NCBI GenBank assembly: GCA_964304625.1
Contig: OZ199839.1
Coordinates: 8,340,560 to 8,404,559, forward strand
Direction: 5' to 3'
DNA: 64,000 nt
DNA from: Kudoa neothunni
Taxonomy: Eukaryota; Animalia; Cnidaria
The notes under the pieces are model-generated. The model was not told the origin of the DNA and ran no database searches. It saw only the letters and a program-made list of their open reading frames with translations. Of the stretch, positions 49,866 through 64,000 are shown in pieces. Position 1 is the first letter of the stretch. Every line of letters starts with the position of its first letter. Made by a program: the position numbers and the translations under genes.

Positions 49866-51727
49866 TAGTCGAGATTGGATATTGCGTTATTCCAAAATTT
49901 AGACAATATTCTTTTTAGAGAGACCTAGTTTTTTGGTTAAGTTATGATTTATCATTTTGTAAACATCGTTAACCTTAAAAAATAAAAAAAATGTTTATTT
50001 ATATATAGAGTTTCGTTATTGCGTGGTATTAGTGGCCTATCTATTTTAAAATAATAGTGTTTTCTTCATTATGTCCGATATAAACGTAATAGTTAAGAGA
50101 AAAAAGAAATCAATGATTTTAATAATTAGATAAAAATGTTGAAAGTTGTCGAAAAAATGACAAATTCTAGGTTAAAATTGAGTGATGTGGTGAACTAAGT
50201 TGAATATTAATATATTGACATGTTAAAGGCAATTTAAAAATTGATAGAATTATTTAACAAAGATAAATTCAAAAATACGGATATTGTAACTAAATGGAAT
50301 GTATATTTTTTTGGAAAATTAAAGATATAGATGATGAGCTGTATGATTTGCTCGTTAAACAATGGTCGAATGATAATGTTCTGCTGAGATATGTTATTGT
50401 CAAAATTGGTTTATATAATGCAAATAAAAAAGAAATTCCCAATTTAAAGTATAGTTAAGGGTGGTTATCAGATTCCACGTCAAAATTTGAGATAGTTTTC
50501 AAAATATTTCATGATGAGACTGCGAATACAGATATTCCATCTATTGACTCATGGACCGTTGAAAACATTAATTTGGTTAAGACATATAATCCCAAGGACG
50601 TTATAAACATTGATGAAACATCTTTTCATTTATGAGCAGTTACAAAACGTTTGTTATATTTTAAAGGATAAAGTCGGAATATAAGGCGAAAAATTTCAAA
50701 TGAAGAGTGAATGCTTTATGGTCACTTTTTTCAATAGTGGTAAACTCCCGCTAGTATTAATTGGTAAATTTCGAAATTCTGGGTGTTCTAACTGATTTAA
50801 ACATCTATCGCGTGAATATTATTCAAAAAACACGCGGATTATGTGTAATAGATTTATAAACATATGTAGAAAGTTTAACCAAAGAATTATAGATGAGAAC
50901 AGAAAAGTTTTTATATTGTTGGATCAATATCCTCTTCATCCTAAAAATACATCTAAAACTTTACAATCTTAATTTATGCATCACCAAATGCATTAAATAG
51001 ATACTGGAATACAATGACCAAGCAAATGGTTTTATGTGATGATTCTATCCTCAAGAAATGCACGTTACTGAACTCAATCTTGTCATTAACTAAATTATGT
51101 CAAAGCATTACGTTTGAAATTATTAATAATTGTTTGGATAATTAAAAATATTTGATTCTATTAAATAAAACTGCAATAATAAAGTTATAAGCAGTTTATA
51201 GACCAAGGAGATTTAAGAAAGATATTCCAAATCAGAAACAGTTCCCAAAATAAAATTTTATGTATACCGAATTAATTTAATTTAAATAAAGTCGAAGATT
51301 ATGAATAGATTTTCGACGATGATAATGCGGAAACATGTGAGGGTCAAAATCAAGCGGACTTATTGTCCACAAATTGTCAATCTGATGTTATAGAACCAAT
51401 CATTAAAGAAGTCAAATTTTATTTAAACAAATAAAAAATGTAGTTAAAATTTTAAATAAATTTTTGATTCAAGAAGATCTATTTGGGTTGTTTGATTTAT
51501 ATCCCATAAATGACAGAATTTAAAAAATATCATAGGAAGGGTACGACACACAAAAATCACAAAATTTATGACAAAATTTAATAAAGCTTGTTTGTAGGAA
51601 TAGTTATCAAATGTATGCGAAAGAAAATCGTATTTTACAGTTTTATAGTGGGACTCGCAAGCATAAAATTGGATGTCGCGTGGGTTTTGGGATCAGCAAA
51701 AATCCTCGCAATGTGCGGTCTCGACTG
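49866..51727 (+). mobile_element. pogo/Tigger-type DNA transposon, degenerate
   Basis: TA TSDs and TIR (T/C)AGTCGAGA....A.ATTGCG. DDE fragments YNPKDVINIDETS, KLPLVLIGKFRN and NRKVFILLDQYPLHP. Confidence 0.85.
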
Positions 51728-52399
51728 TACTCAATATCGGGATAAACCAATCGAATTTAAATAACAGAATTCTTTTTTCATTGAATTTAAAAGTATACGA
51801 TTAATCTAAACTTTATTAGGGTTCATCGCGGCCACAAAAACGCTCATTGAGGGCGGGGGTTTCTGCTCCCCTGCACTAGACAAAAAACAACTTTTATGTC
51901 GAATGTAAACAATTTTAATCTTATAATGACTTTTAATCGTGTTTTTGAGATTGTTTCCAAGCAAAAGATGCCATCATACTGATCGTATTTTTGAGAGGCC
52001 CATTTTTAAATGTTCTAATAATTACATTGAACCCTCTTATCAGGGTATTCAACGTGGGATTACGAACTTGAGACATTATACATTGCTCGACGGAACATTT
52101 ATGCTCTTTTGACCCCGTTATGAATATAATAACACTAGAATGTGATTGATTAAAACGAGAACTAAAATGTTGATTGAAAATTTCATTTGAATTAGATTTA
52201 AGCTGGATACTTTCAAGTGTTCGTGTGTAAGAGTTCCAACATTAAATTGGAGATTTTGGACTGTTAATTAATTTTGTTCGAAATACTTCAAAATAGGGCC
52301 ATATTAATGTTTCCAACGTTAGAAAAGTTTTTTAAATTTGTCAACTTCGTCTTTAACATAATTTAGTTGAACTAATCCTAAAAATGTAAAAAATCTTAT

Positions 52400-53270
52400 A
52401 AAAAGCATAAATTCAACATTGTCTTGGTATTATCATGAAAAAACAAGTTTCTGTATTTTTCTATATATCGCATTGTCCAAAATGAAACATGCAAAAGTAT
52501 ATATTTGATATTGATGCCTTTATAAAAGCATTAAAAGAACCTACCTCAAAGTTGAGCACTATATTTTAAGGGAATTCCATAAAATCTTGATTTTTGGTAA
52601 TCTCAAACACCTTATCCTATGTTTTTTCATATTTGTTGGGCATCAAAACATATCTTAGAGTAAAGACTCTTCCAAAAATTTTACCATGAATGGTGTAAAG
52701 TTGGTGGAACTCTCTTGATGTAACTTGAAGATTCCATCAGCCATCCTGCAAAGAGAATTATTCAGATGGGACAAATTATTCTTTATTCCGAATATAATTA
52801 TTCTAATTTCGTCGGTAGATCCGGAATTATATATACAGAAATTGTCGCCCCGTAATGTTGTTAAGAAACTACAAAGGTTTCATTAGAGATTTATCGAATT
52901 CTCTTCTTTTTCCGTATATTTTGGATATTCATATATAATTTTTTTACCACAAGCAGGTCGTTGATATTTTGATTCTTTGAAGCGATACTATATTATAAAT
53001 CTTGCTGATGCAGTATGAAACCACTCTCGGCCAATTTTTCGTATTTTTGTCCTTGAAAAAAATATGAGAATTTTGTTGATTATCGGATATAATATGGTTA
53101 TGAAGACTAATGTCTTAAATATTATGAATTTCAGAGGACTTGGTTCTCAATTTTCTACGCCCATTTCCAATATGGATACATACGTATCGAACAATATTGT
53201 ATGTAAAAGTAATTATCAAAATAAAATAAAAATCATCTTTCTTTTTTTTCAAGAAAGTAAAGTTTTGTTT
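52400..53270 (-). pseudogene. MULE transposase remnant (FLYWCH-like N-terminus plus MULE catalytic domain)
   Basis: Minus-strand fragments FDNYFY...YWKW, TTLRGDNFCIYNSGSTDEIRIIIFG..NL..L......ADGIFK, FHQLYTIHG, NFEVGSFNAF and FHFGQ. Multiple stops; termini not found. Confidence 0.8.
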
Positions 53271-53821
53271 CCGTTATCGCTCATTTTTCAAAACGTTTCC
53301 ATATATCTCGGGCACAAATTTCTCTGTATAATCACACCCCTTATAATCAATAAATATAGAGTTTTAGGCAATCAGTTAAAAAATGCATAATTATTTAATA
53401 AAATTTTGACTTAATTACGTTGAAAACTGCAAATATTGTATTTCTATTAAAATACTATCTACTTACGATGAAATACTCATTTTAACATTCAAAACTTTTG
53501 CATAAAATTAAACTCTAATACTAGCAATACTCACGATCACGAGAGAATCAATGTTAAATTAAGCCACGTCTTATATATGTAGATATGTAGATATATATAT
53601 ATGGTATATATATAAATGGACCAATATTATTTACAAAGATCATAAAAGATACATAAATTAATTGAGAAAAACAAAATAATAGGTCTTTCAAAACAATAAA
53701 TTATTACATATTTTTTATTTATTTGCGAGCAGAAAAAACAAATTTGATAAAAATGAAATAGATAACGTAACAAATGAACTAATAATTTTTTATTTTTATA
53801 GAAAATAAATTAAATTGTGAT

Positions 53822-55519
53822 TCAATTATACCTTCCGGATGAATGCTTAGATTTTATGATCCAACGTATCACCCCTTGCAACAATCAGTATAAAAGCAAC
53901 AATAGAAATGATAACCACGGGATAAAATAATCCTGGATTCGTAATGGTAGTCTCGGAGTAGTTTAGATCAATATCGATATCATTTTTTTTTGTTTTTGTC
54001 TTTATCTTTTTTCTTGGAATCTTTATCCTTTTTTTTTAGGAGGCTTTGGTGCGGTATTTCGCCCTCCTAACATATTTGAAGTAGATGTTATAAGGGGAGG
54101 CTTTTTTGCCTTCAGAGATTCTGATGGGTGATCTATTTTTTGTCAAGTAGTTTTTTATAGTAGAGAGGATTATTGTCCCTTGGGCCAAACTTTTTATGAT
54201 TTATTTGTACAAGAGAATCATCAAAGACGTCAGTGTCTATTTCACTAGATGAGGAAACCACCAAGGTGTCCCATAGTTTTTGGATCATCCATTTTACGAT
54301 TTGTAGGGGTTTCCTTTGCTTCTTCGATTTCAGTTTCTCCAGAACTTTGGAAAACATGGGGATGGATCAATTTTTTAAAATGGTGTTGTGTTCTCTCCAA
54401 GAATCTTTTAATATTTTTCACTGGCTGAGATAGTATTCTATTTTGTTTTACAGGATGTGACTTTGATATGATCGACGATTCCATCAATCCTTCAGATTGT
54501 TTTTCGTTTCCGCTTTCAAAACTACTATCTGAAGCATTTTTCGGCACTACACTTTGTAATTTGACTACTCTTTTATCTGAATTTTTCTTTGAATTCAATT
54601 TCGATAGAAGTGATTTCAAATAGGGCATTGCCGATGTTATGTAGGGATGTTTGGCAACGATCTCGTTCAGAATATTTCTATATTCTTCGACAAGAGGAGA
54701 AATATTTGGGTCCAGAGCGGGAATAGTTTTGAATTGGCTGCATTTCTCTCTAACATTTGAAACAACGATGTTTATCTTTGTCCAATCGTCCTCCAATATC
54801 TTTCTCAAATTGGCCGAACTATTAATCCGTTGGTAGTTACTTAGAATTTGTTTTGCTGACCCATTGCAAACTTTTAAGGAGAAAACTACTGAATTTATAT
54901 GCGATTTGATTCGCTTTTGGTAGAAATTGGCTTGTTGTGTTTGTTTGTCAATGAATGTGTAATCATTTATTCGTTCTTCCTTTAGTTGGTTGAAATTTTT
55001 AACTGTATCTTGAACAGCTTTAACTTTTTTTGTCATTTCCTCGATATGTGAGTAATATTTACCAAGTATCTTTTTCGCTAAGACACTCAGTTCTGAGCCG
55101 GAAACCTTGGATAAATATTGAAATATTTGGACAATTGCTTCGAATTCAGGTTCAGATTTTTTGTAATTTTCCCAGCGCTTGTCTAAGATGTCGATAACAT
55201 TTTTGATTTGGACGAAATCACAGAAGTAGTTTTCCAGTTTGTTTAGGTTATATTTTTCCAAATGGTAATTATGAAATGGGGCGTTTGTATTTTTCTCGCA
55301 TTTCTCACTGTGCATGAGTTTCAATTCAAAATCACTAATGAGGTTGTCATATTCTTCGGAAAATATCTTCAAATATGTGTGTTTGTTATCGGCCCATATT
55401 ACTGCCTTATCTAAAAGTTTTTGAAAAAAATTGGAGTACTAAACAAAATTGTAGTAGGTTAGAGTGTGATTACCAACTGCCAGGGTAGCCAAGAGAAATA
55501 ATGTTGTTATGCTAATCAT
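53822..55519 (-). CDS. Lineage-specific type-I membrane protein with a helical/coiled-coil ectodomain (3' part frameshifted at homopolymers)
   Basis: The signal exon MISITTLFLLATLAV (55519-55474) splices at ~55410 into the 375-aa ORF. The frame-corrected continuation gives a K/D-rich stalk, TM GLFYPVVIISIVAFILIVAGVI and tail RWIIKSKHSSGRYN, with the stop at 53822. No family recognised. Confidence 0.65.
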
Positions 55520-58479
55520 ACTGTTTTCTTAATTATTCTTTATTTATTTATTTCTAGTCTTGGTTTTGTTTTTACTTAGCTCTAATAGCATTGATTGAAT
55601 ATAAACAAACAAATCATAATTCTTGAATTTAATTCTAATCACGATTATATTTTATAATAACTGACGTTTGTATTATTTATATTTTAAATAAATTAAATAT
55701 ATTTTAAAATTTAATTTTTATAAGGATATAATTTTATAAAATGAATTAATGTGATAATCATTTTAAGGTTATATTCCGAATATTTAATGGTATTTGGAAA
55801 ATTGATTATTTTGTTGTCTTACATTTAAAAAAATTGAAATCGTTGTTGAAACATCACTTTTATGATTTTATTTGAAACCAATCGATTAATAGTTCATTAA
55901 TTTCTCTATTAATTGTCGACAAATTGTGTTATTTAGATTTTATTATTTATCCACCTAGATCGGATTATTGTCGAACCCGTGAAATAAATTTATTGTTATA
56001 TTTATTTGCTTTAACTCAAAGGAAATAAAGATGAACGAAATATTAAAAAATTTATTTATTGTTTGTATAGTAACGTTTAATGCCTTATAAATTGATTTAG
56101 TTTTTAATTCATTCATCTAGATTATATTAACTGCATACTAGTTTTTGGGATTTCAACTACATAAACAATGGGTGAAAATATTTAAGTAAGGAGATTATTT
56201 ATGTTTTTTAGTTGGAATCATACAACCAGTTGGCTAATCTCATCCTAATGTTTTATTTATTGTTTTAAAATTGTTACAAAAATAAAAGTTTCCAGCTACT
56301 TACGACGATTAAACTTATTATTTATTTCAGAAAAATCTAATAGAATACCTAAAACAACGGTACGAAGATTGATTTTACTTATAATTTAATAATGAGAAAT
56401 ATAAAAATTCAAGTTTAAATGTATAAACATATATTCATTAATTAATATATTTGTAAGAAATGTTTTTTATGATTTATAAATTTTGAATTGATGTTTTTGT
56501 CACATACATTATTAAAGAAATATTTAAGTCATAATAATTACCTGAACGCAGTTCGACAGGTTTCTTATGGAATAAATGGCTTAGGATTAATAAAATAGTT
56601 AATTAACCATAGGCAAAAATTGTATCGATAAATCTATCTCCCTCTAATTACATAGGCTACACGGCGAAAATTAAATCAGAATTATAGTGACAACTCAAAT
56701 TTTAACCTCCTAAAATCAAGCAGAAGATAAAAATTAAAAAAAAAATATTATATGTAAATGAAAGAAGATCAACCGAAAGAAAACTCTGGAGATGTAGATT
56801 AAGAAGCTATAAAGACGACTAAAAATAAATGATTCGGATGATATAACGTTTTTACAAGTGTCCGGAGTTCATTAATTAATTGTCTTCAACAGAGATTGCA
56901 AATGTTAAATTTGATTACTATTTTAAGAATATTAACCCTTCAGCACATTATTCTATCCATTGAGTTTTTATGTTGACTACACTATGCAAGTATGTAACTT
57001 ATAACCTGAAAATAAAAAAAAATAAAAAAATTTTCAGAATACGCTCAAAAAAGGGGGTATATTGCAATATTCAATATTTAAACTCCGTGAAAATTAGGTA
57101 AATACATTAAGAGGTGAAAAATTTTGCTTTTATGACAGGGGCTTAAATTATCATCAACACATTGTAATTTGTAAGAGATTTTACTAATCAACATATAAAT
57201 AATTCCAACGCGGTAGTAACTTATTGAAATTTTTCTGTCATTCTTTATATTTTTTAAAATTCTTCATTCCTGTTGGAAGAATTTTTGATAAATATTTTGT
57301 GGTTTTTGTTTCAATGAGAAAGAAATCTAATAATACATCATTGAAAACGTTGTTCAACTGAATAAATATAAAACTTACATCAAATATTATTATTTATTTT
57401 GAATAGTCATCTTTTCGTGCTTTTAAAAAAGCGAAAAACTTCAAGTATCTATTTTTACGTTTTATTTAGACAAGTTTAAGTTTATACGGGTCAAGTTATA
57501 AACCGTTATTATTGTTAGTTATCTACGGTAATAATGTTGAGAATCGACTATAATTCAAATCTATCGTCTTAATATCGTACGTTCTAACAAAAAATATTCT
57601 CGAAAAATACGGAAAATTAAGAATAGAGTCTATCAACATCATCAAAATATCATTAAGATTCTTCCTCGCGTGCTTTAAAAAATATTTCCTATATGGTATA
57701 TGATGATAAATATCCTATATCGTCATGTAATTAAAAAAAAAACTTCGAAACTTATATTTAACATCTAACAATATTAAAAAATTTCAAAACCGTTTTGATG
57801 CATTGTTCGAGCAATCACATTCGGGAGTGAGTGATTTTGTGTAGAAACTACAAAAACGTACAGAGCATAAATTAAGAAGAAATAGAATTTTTTAAGGCTA
57901 TTCCATTAGATATTTACACAACAATTAAAACTAAAATATAAAAAAGATAAGGATGGTTGGGAAAAATATTCGCTCTATTATGGACTATTCTAATTTAAAA
58001 CTATAGCCAAGTTGTATAATTTTATTGCTGTCAATAACCGACCAGCGTTCCAAATCTGTTTAAGAGCTTTTCCCTCCGTCCCTTCAATAAATGATAAAGA
58101 TGAATTGCTATTTCTAATCAGTACTAGTAAAGTTTCCTTATTTTAAACTCGATCCTTACAACACATAAAGGAGCTTAATAGCAATGTAAACGAAGTAAAA
58201 TAAAAATAGTTCCTTTTTTATAATATAAATGCGTAAACAAAATTACTCCTTAATCTTTTAATGCCTGACTTTTTATTTATCCTTAAAAAATATCTTTTAA
58301 TATTATGTATTTCTCTAATCCTAAATAAAATAAAATTTCAGAGAGCTAATATTTTTAAGTATTATGATACTCATACAAACAATTTTTACCTTTTACAAGG
58401 CAGCAAGGAGCGTCACATTTCATGCATATTATTTGAGTGTTCATTCCACAATTCCTACATCTACCTGGAGTAGACACCA

Positions 58480-60528
58480 CTTCTTAGAAATTGGATAAAC
58501 TATTATATCTAATATTAGCGGATAAAAGAGTATTTCTTTTGATTTTTGATATAGTAGACCCCATTACGTTTTGTGAATTAGAATCATTAACCGGACGACC
58601 AGGTTTTTGAGTTTGTATTAACGTTTGTTTTTTATACAACAATGATTTACAGGTTTTAATATGTTAACGAAAGCAAATAGAAAACTTTACTCTTGTTAAC
58701 ATTATTCTTGGAATTTTGTCTACGATACAATAGTCACGAATTAGTGATCGCGGTGTTAATACCCCCTAAAAACATCCTCCTGTGAAATTTTTTACATTTG
58801 TGATTTAATCTATATAATGACCTCAACATCACCCATATTTTTGCTGTATTCCGATACATCAGCTGGTCACTCGACTTTAACGCGTTATTTGCCGCCGGTC
58901 ATATCTATTCACAATTGTTAGAGGTTCACTACAAGAATGAATGGATGATAAAATCATGATGGAGCTATCATACCATTGAGTTAATATTAGTGCATCATTA
59001 AAGCTTTAAACAACATTAAATGAATCACGTCCTTTTTTCATTAAATTTTTTTTACTGAATAAAGTGCACCCTTAAATATTATTATTTCTAATAATCCCTA
59101 CATAATGTATTCCTCTGTTTTTCAATGAAGTTGCATTTGGAATGATGTGAACCACTTGTCAAAATTCGACAGATACATGCTATTCTTTAGAAGTAGTTCA
59201 CACAATTTTATTACAAAATTTCCGTTGTATAACAAACCTCAGCTTTCTTATTTCGTATACAAGGGGCGATTTTCCATCATAAAAATGAAAATCCCGTAGT
59301 ATCCCACCTATTCCACCTATTCCACATCGAGCAAAAACTTTTATTCCCCATTTGGTGGATTTACTTGATATATACTGTTTTACCCAGCACTTACCACTTA
59401 CACCACTTACCCTTAAAGGGAATAATTTGAATGTCGAGTTAATTTACGCTGTCTGGAGTGATTTTAAAAAATGCTTGCTTCAAATGCTCCAAAAAGGTCT
59501 GATTTTGACAAACCGGTCAAAATTTTGGGACGACCGTTCGTTGGTTGCATTATGAATATTATCAAAATGTAAAAATTGTGGCAGTTACTCAAGTCTATCT
59601 CTGGAAAGTACATCCGAAATAGGGGAATAATTGAAACGTTTGGATCAAAAGCATCGATAACGAGGCATCCGTACGATCACCCTTAAAATTATGATTCCTA
59701 AATAAGTTTTAATTTCTAAATTGTTTGTCTTGAAATTCGGATTATTTTGTGTGACGTATCGATTTGATTCGGTTACAATTAATTCAATCAAATCATCATC
59801 AACAAATTGATTGAAATAATCAATAGGATGAATTAAATAATCTAACTTTTCAAATTTATCGTGTATACCGCATAATCTCTCTGGTAAATTTGAAATGATA
59901 TCTTGTTTTTTCTACTTATGGTGTTTGTCAATTTCAGTATCTGAATTATCGGATGATGAATATTCGTTGGCATCTGAGAATTCATTCATTATTGATGATG
60001 TAAATGTTGTATTTGCTTCAGAAAATGTATCTAATGAGGATATATCGGCACCAGGCGGAACTATAATTTCCTAAGATCTTTTTCCAATTTTATCCTTCTA
60101 GTTACGAATATCGTGATCCATTGCGATTGGCCAAAAATAGATCTACGAGTTCCTGTTGTTCAGTATAATGCCAAGAATTATAATCGTATTATTTCAGATA
60201 TTAATAAGTTTCTTAAAATTTAAACAGGTAAATATAGTTAACAACAAAATATAGTAATTGTAAAAATTTTGAATCCAGAAAATAATATACTTTGGTTGTT
60301 CAATTAATACATTACTTTAAGGACGAACGTGGTATGGAGAATTGAATATTGTTAATGCAATTTACTACACAAAATTTCTTAATAAAAATATAATATTAAC
60401 GATTTTTAAACGTTTGTTATAGTTGAAATTAAATGTCTGTATCAAATTCGAATCAATAGTTAAATGTTCATTTAAGATGACGAAGAATATGTTAATGTTG
60501 AGTATACCGCACAGCAGGTATGAAAGGG
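58480..60528 (-). mobile_element. piggyBac (PGBD3-like) transposase remnant
   Basis: Minus-strand fragments MPRYRCF, LSRDR, HFDN, FDRFVKIRPFLEHL, QIIPFKGK, KWGIKVFARCG and FDKWFTS. An end AAAGGG-TTAA lies at 60523-60532; the other end is uncertain (possibly 56936). Confidence 0.8.
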
Positions 60529-62693
60529 TTAACGGCTAACCGCTAATCATTCGGGATTGGCGCGTCTATCCTTAATTTTTGTAAAACTTGATATATTTTG
60601 TGCAATTTCTCCACTTGATTAACCAACCAGCTGTATTATGTAGTTCAATGTTTAATACATTTTTGAAAAAGTAGACGAAATTCTTGCGAAAATGCTCAAA
60701 ATAACTTGTTTAACAACAAAATTATATAAAAACATTAATTCAAAAAATTTTGAACCTTTGTTATATTATTCCCGCATCACATTGAAAATGTATGATTTTA
60801 AACATCAAAACTTAATTTTTCTACTTCAACTTTCAATTTTCAATTTTATTATGAAAAATTCATCACAACTAGATAAATTATGGAAATTTTGATCCATCGT
60901 CTAGTTTCGTACGGTTATCCGGCCCCTGGTAAAATTAATACATTTATATACAGTTCAACCTCGGGATTTGACAATAATCCGCCCCAGAAGATTTTTCGAA
61001 CTTTGAAAAATTCGTTCCTATGCAAAGTATTGAAAATTAGTTTAATCCGTTAACGCTCATGAAATAAATGGTTATTTTTTCTTATTTATTAAAAAATATG
61101 CATACCTTGTGTTTATACAATACAAAATATAAAAATGAAGTATTAATTATTAAGTATAATAATAAGGAAATATTGGATAAATATTTTTTGGTTGTCATAC
61201 ACTAGACAATAGACTACAAAGTTTCTCCTTCGATGCCAGTCGCACAATTTGATTGATCGAATGTTCTTCTAGAATTTCTTTTCTTCACTGATTTGGCTCC
61301 AACTTGATTTGTTCTGACTACCCTTTCTACATGCGTTCGAATTCAAAATTTTTGGTCGAACTGTATTTATTTGAATGTTTGATATTGTTTACATTTGTTG
61401 GTTAGTTAGTTGAAAGGCTCTTTTCTAGGTTGCTCCAACTTATCTTAGCGAGAAAAAATGCATTCGCCCCACCATTTAATCCATAAAGTGTCAGAACATA
61501 AACAATCAGCACGATAGAACATTTACTACAACGCTGAATCAGATCTCCCATTGAGCTCCGCAGGATAAGACAAAAGAAGTTTCGCTATTTTAATTCGAAT
61601 TGCAATTGACCTTAAAACTCCACCATCTCATTTGGTTAATAGCTTAGTAGTCGAATGAATAGCCCCAGTTACATTTTCAATAAAACACATTGGAAAACGG
61701 CAGCAAAAAATCCACTACCGTTCCTAATCGCACCTTCAGAAGAATAACAGTCAATGCAGATAACGCAAATCTATATATAATAAACGTCCAGAACAAAAAT
61801 CGCCTCTTCTAAAAAATAAGAGGATCCGATTATCGGTCTATTAGCTCTCGTTGTTTATTTGTGAGGAAAGCTTACAACGTTTAATCTCCTTAAACTCAAA
61901 TATATGAGTATGAGAGTGAGAGTGAGAATGAGAATGAGATTGAGAATAGTCGAGAACAAAAATGATCACTGAAGCTCAATGGCGGTTAAAAGTGACAAAC
62001 CTGGGATAATTAATTTAAGTAAATGCTGTGATGCACTGTAACCGAATGAACTACATCTCTCGATCAAAAAATAAATCTCTCTAATCGTAAAATAACTAGC
62101 ACAGATGGTCACTCCTAACAGTTAACTATTTGCAATTAATATATTTATTGAGAAAGTTTGATCAATTAATTAAACAATCGATTCATCGAAAATACTCCAA
62201 CTACTACTACTACTACTACTATCATCTACACTCAATAATTCGTCCCAACGAACAACTCCTCTACAACCGATACCACTCATAGAGATGGCATTAGGGTTGG
62301 TGGAGTGTGATAGGATTTATGAGTCATCTCCGAACTAAAAATATGTAAATATAAATGATAAGCAGATCAGATATAGATAGAACATGATTGTGCCAGATGG
62401 TCGGGTAACCTAAGGACAATCTAGTCGATTTAATAACTCGGTGAAATGCTCCAACAAACTCACACCCCACACATATCAATTAACTCTCAGGGTGAACAGA
62501 GTTGATGTCTGTAGTTGTACAAACAGACGTTATAATATAGAAAAACATGCGTGTAATTAAGGGATTAAACCATTGGAAACCACACCCGAAGGTTTAATCA
62601 GCAAATAGTGAGATTACGAGAGGATTCCGTGGTAGTACGCAGACGATACAGCAGCATTTGGTATCAAATTTGTCCAAATATATCTTGTTCATA

Positions 62694-63815
<1,122 letters not shown>

Positions 63816-64000
63816 TAATTTTACGTTTAATCAGCAACAATAACACAAAGTCAATCTATTACTGCCACCACTACCAACCACACACACACACACACTTTTA
63901 TTTTCCACTCAAATGTTTGTCTATCTAATTACTTTGTGAATTTGATTCGTCATTATTCGTCGTCTCTGTTGGTGAACAACTTCATCAACTATTTTAATTT

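Noticed and set aside
53064-53390. 108-aa plus-strand ORF
   Set aside because: Antisense shadow of the minus-strand MULE transposase relic.
53981-54141. Euplotes-like AAA-stop programmed frameshift sites
   Set aside because: Other frameshift sites in the window are G, C or T runs without an adjacent stop, so there is no shared signal. Homopolymer error is simpler.
56932-58480. TTAA-CCCTT at 56932-56940 as the partner TIR of the 60528 piggyBac end
   Set aside because: Only ~7 bases match, so it may belong to a different MITE. The boundary is left unassigned.

Overview
This is an AT-rich eukaryotic nuclear window with very short GT-AG introns (mostly about 40-70 nt) and divergent animal-type genes. 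That style suggests a reduced-genome animal parasite such as a myxozoan, but this is inference and cannot be proven from the window. Recognisable housekeeping genes, all spliced by hand: a uS17m/MRPS17-like gene (frameshifted), a VPS9-domain Rab5 GEF, eIF2-beta, proteasome beta-5 and a Rac-type GTPase. Lineage-specific secreted or surface genes: (1) a tandem pair of 9-exon genes that appear to encode secreted GDA1/CD39 (NTPDase)-fold proteins with degenerate apyrase motifs, i.e. probable pseudoenzymes; (2) a type-I membrane protein of about 7 Cys-decorated FN3-like domains; (3) an NPC2/ML-domain protein missing one disulfide pair; (4) a helical type-I membrane protein. Much of the rest is decayed transposons (piggyBac, pogo/Tigger, Mutator, hAT MITEs), plus a highly structured tRNA-headed SINE-like insertion and a possible Polinton protease relic. 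Four otherwise healthy genes are broken only by single-base homopolymer expansions. Residual long-read error is the most likely cause, and this is testable. All family assignments come from motif recognition by eye; no database searches were run.
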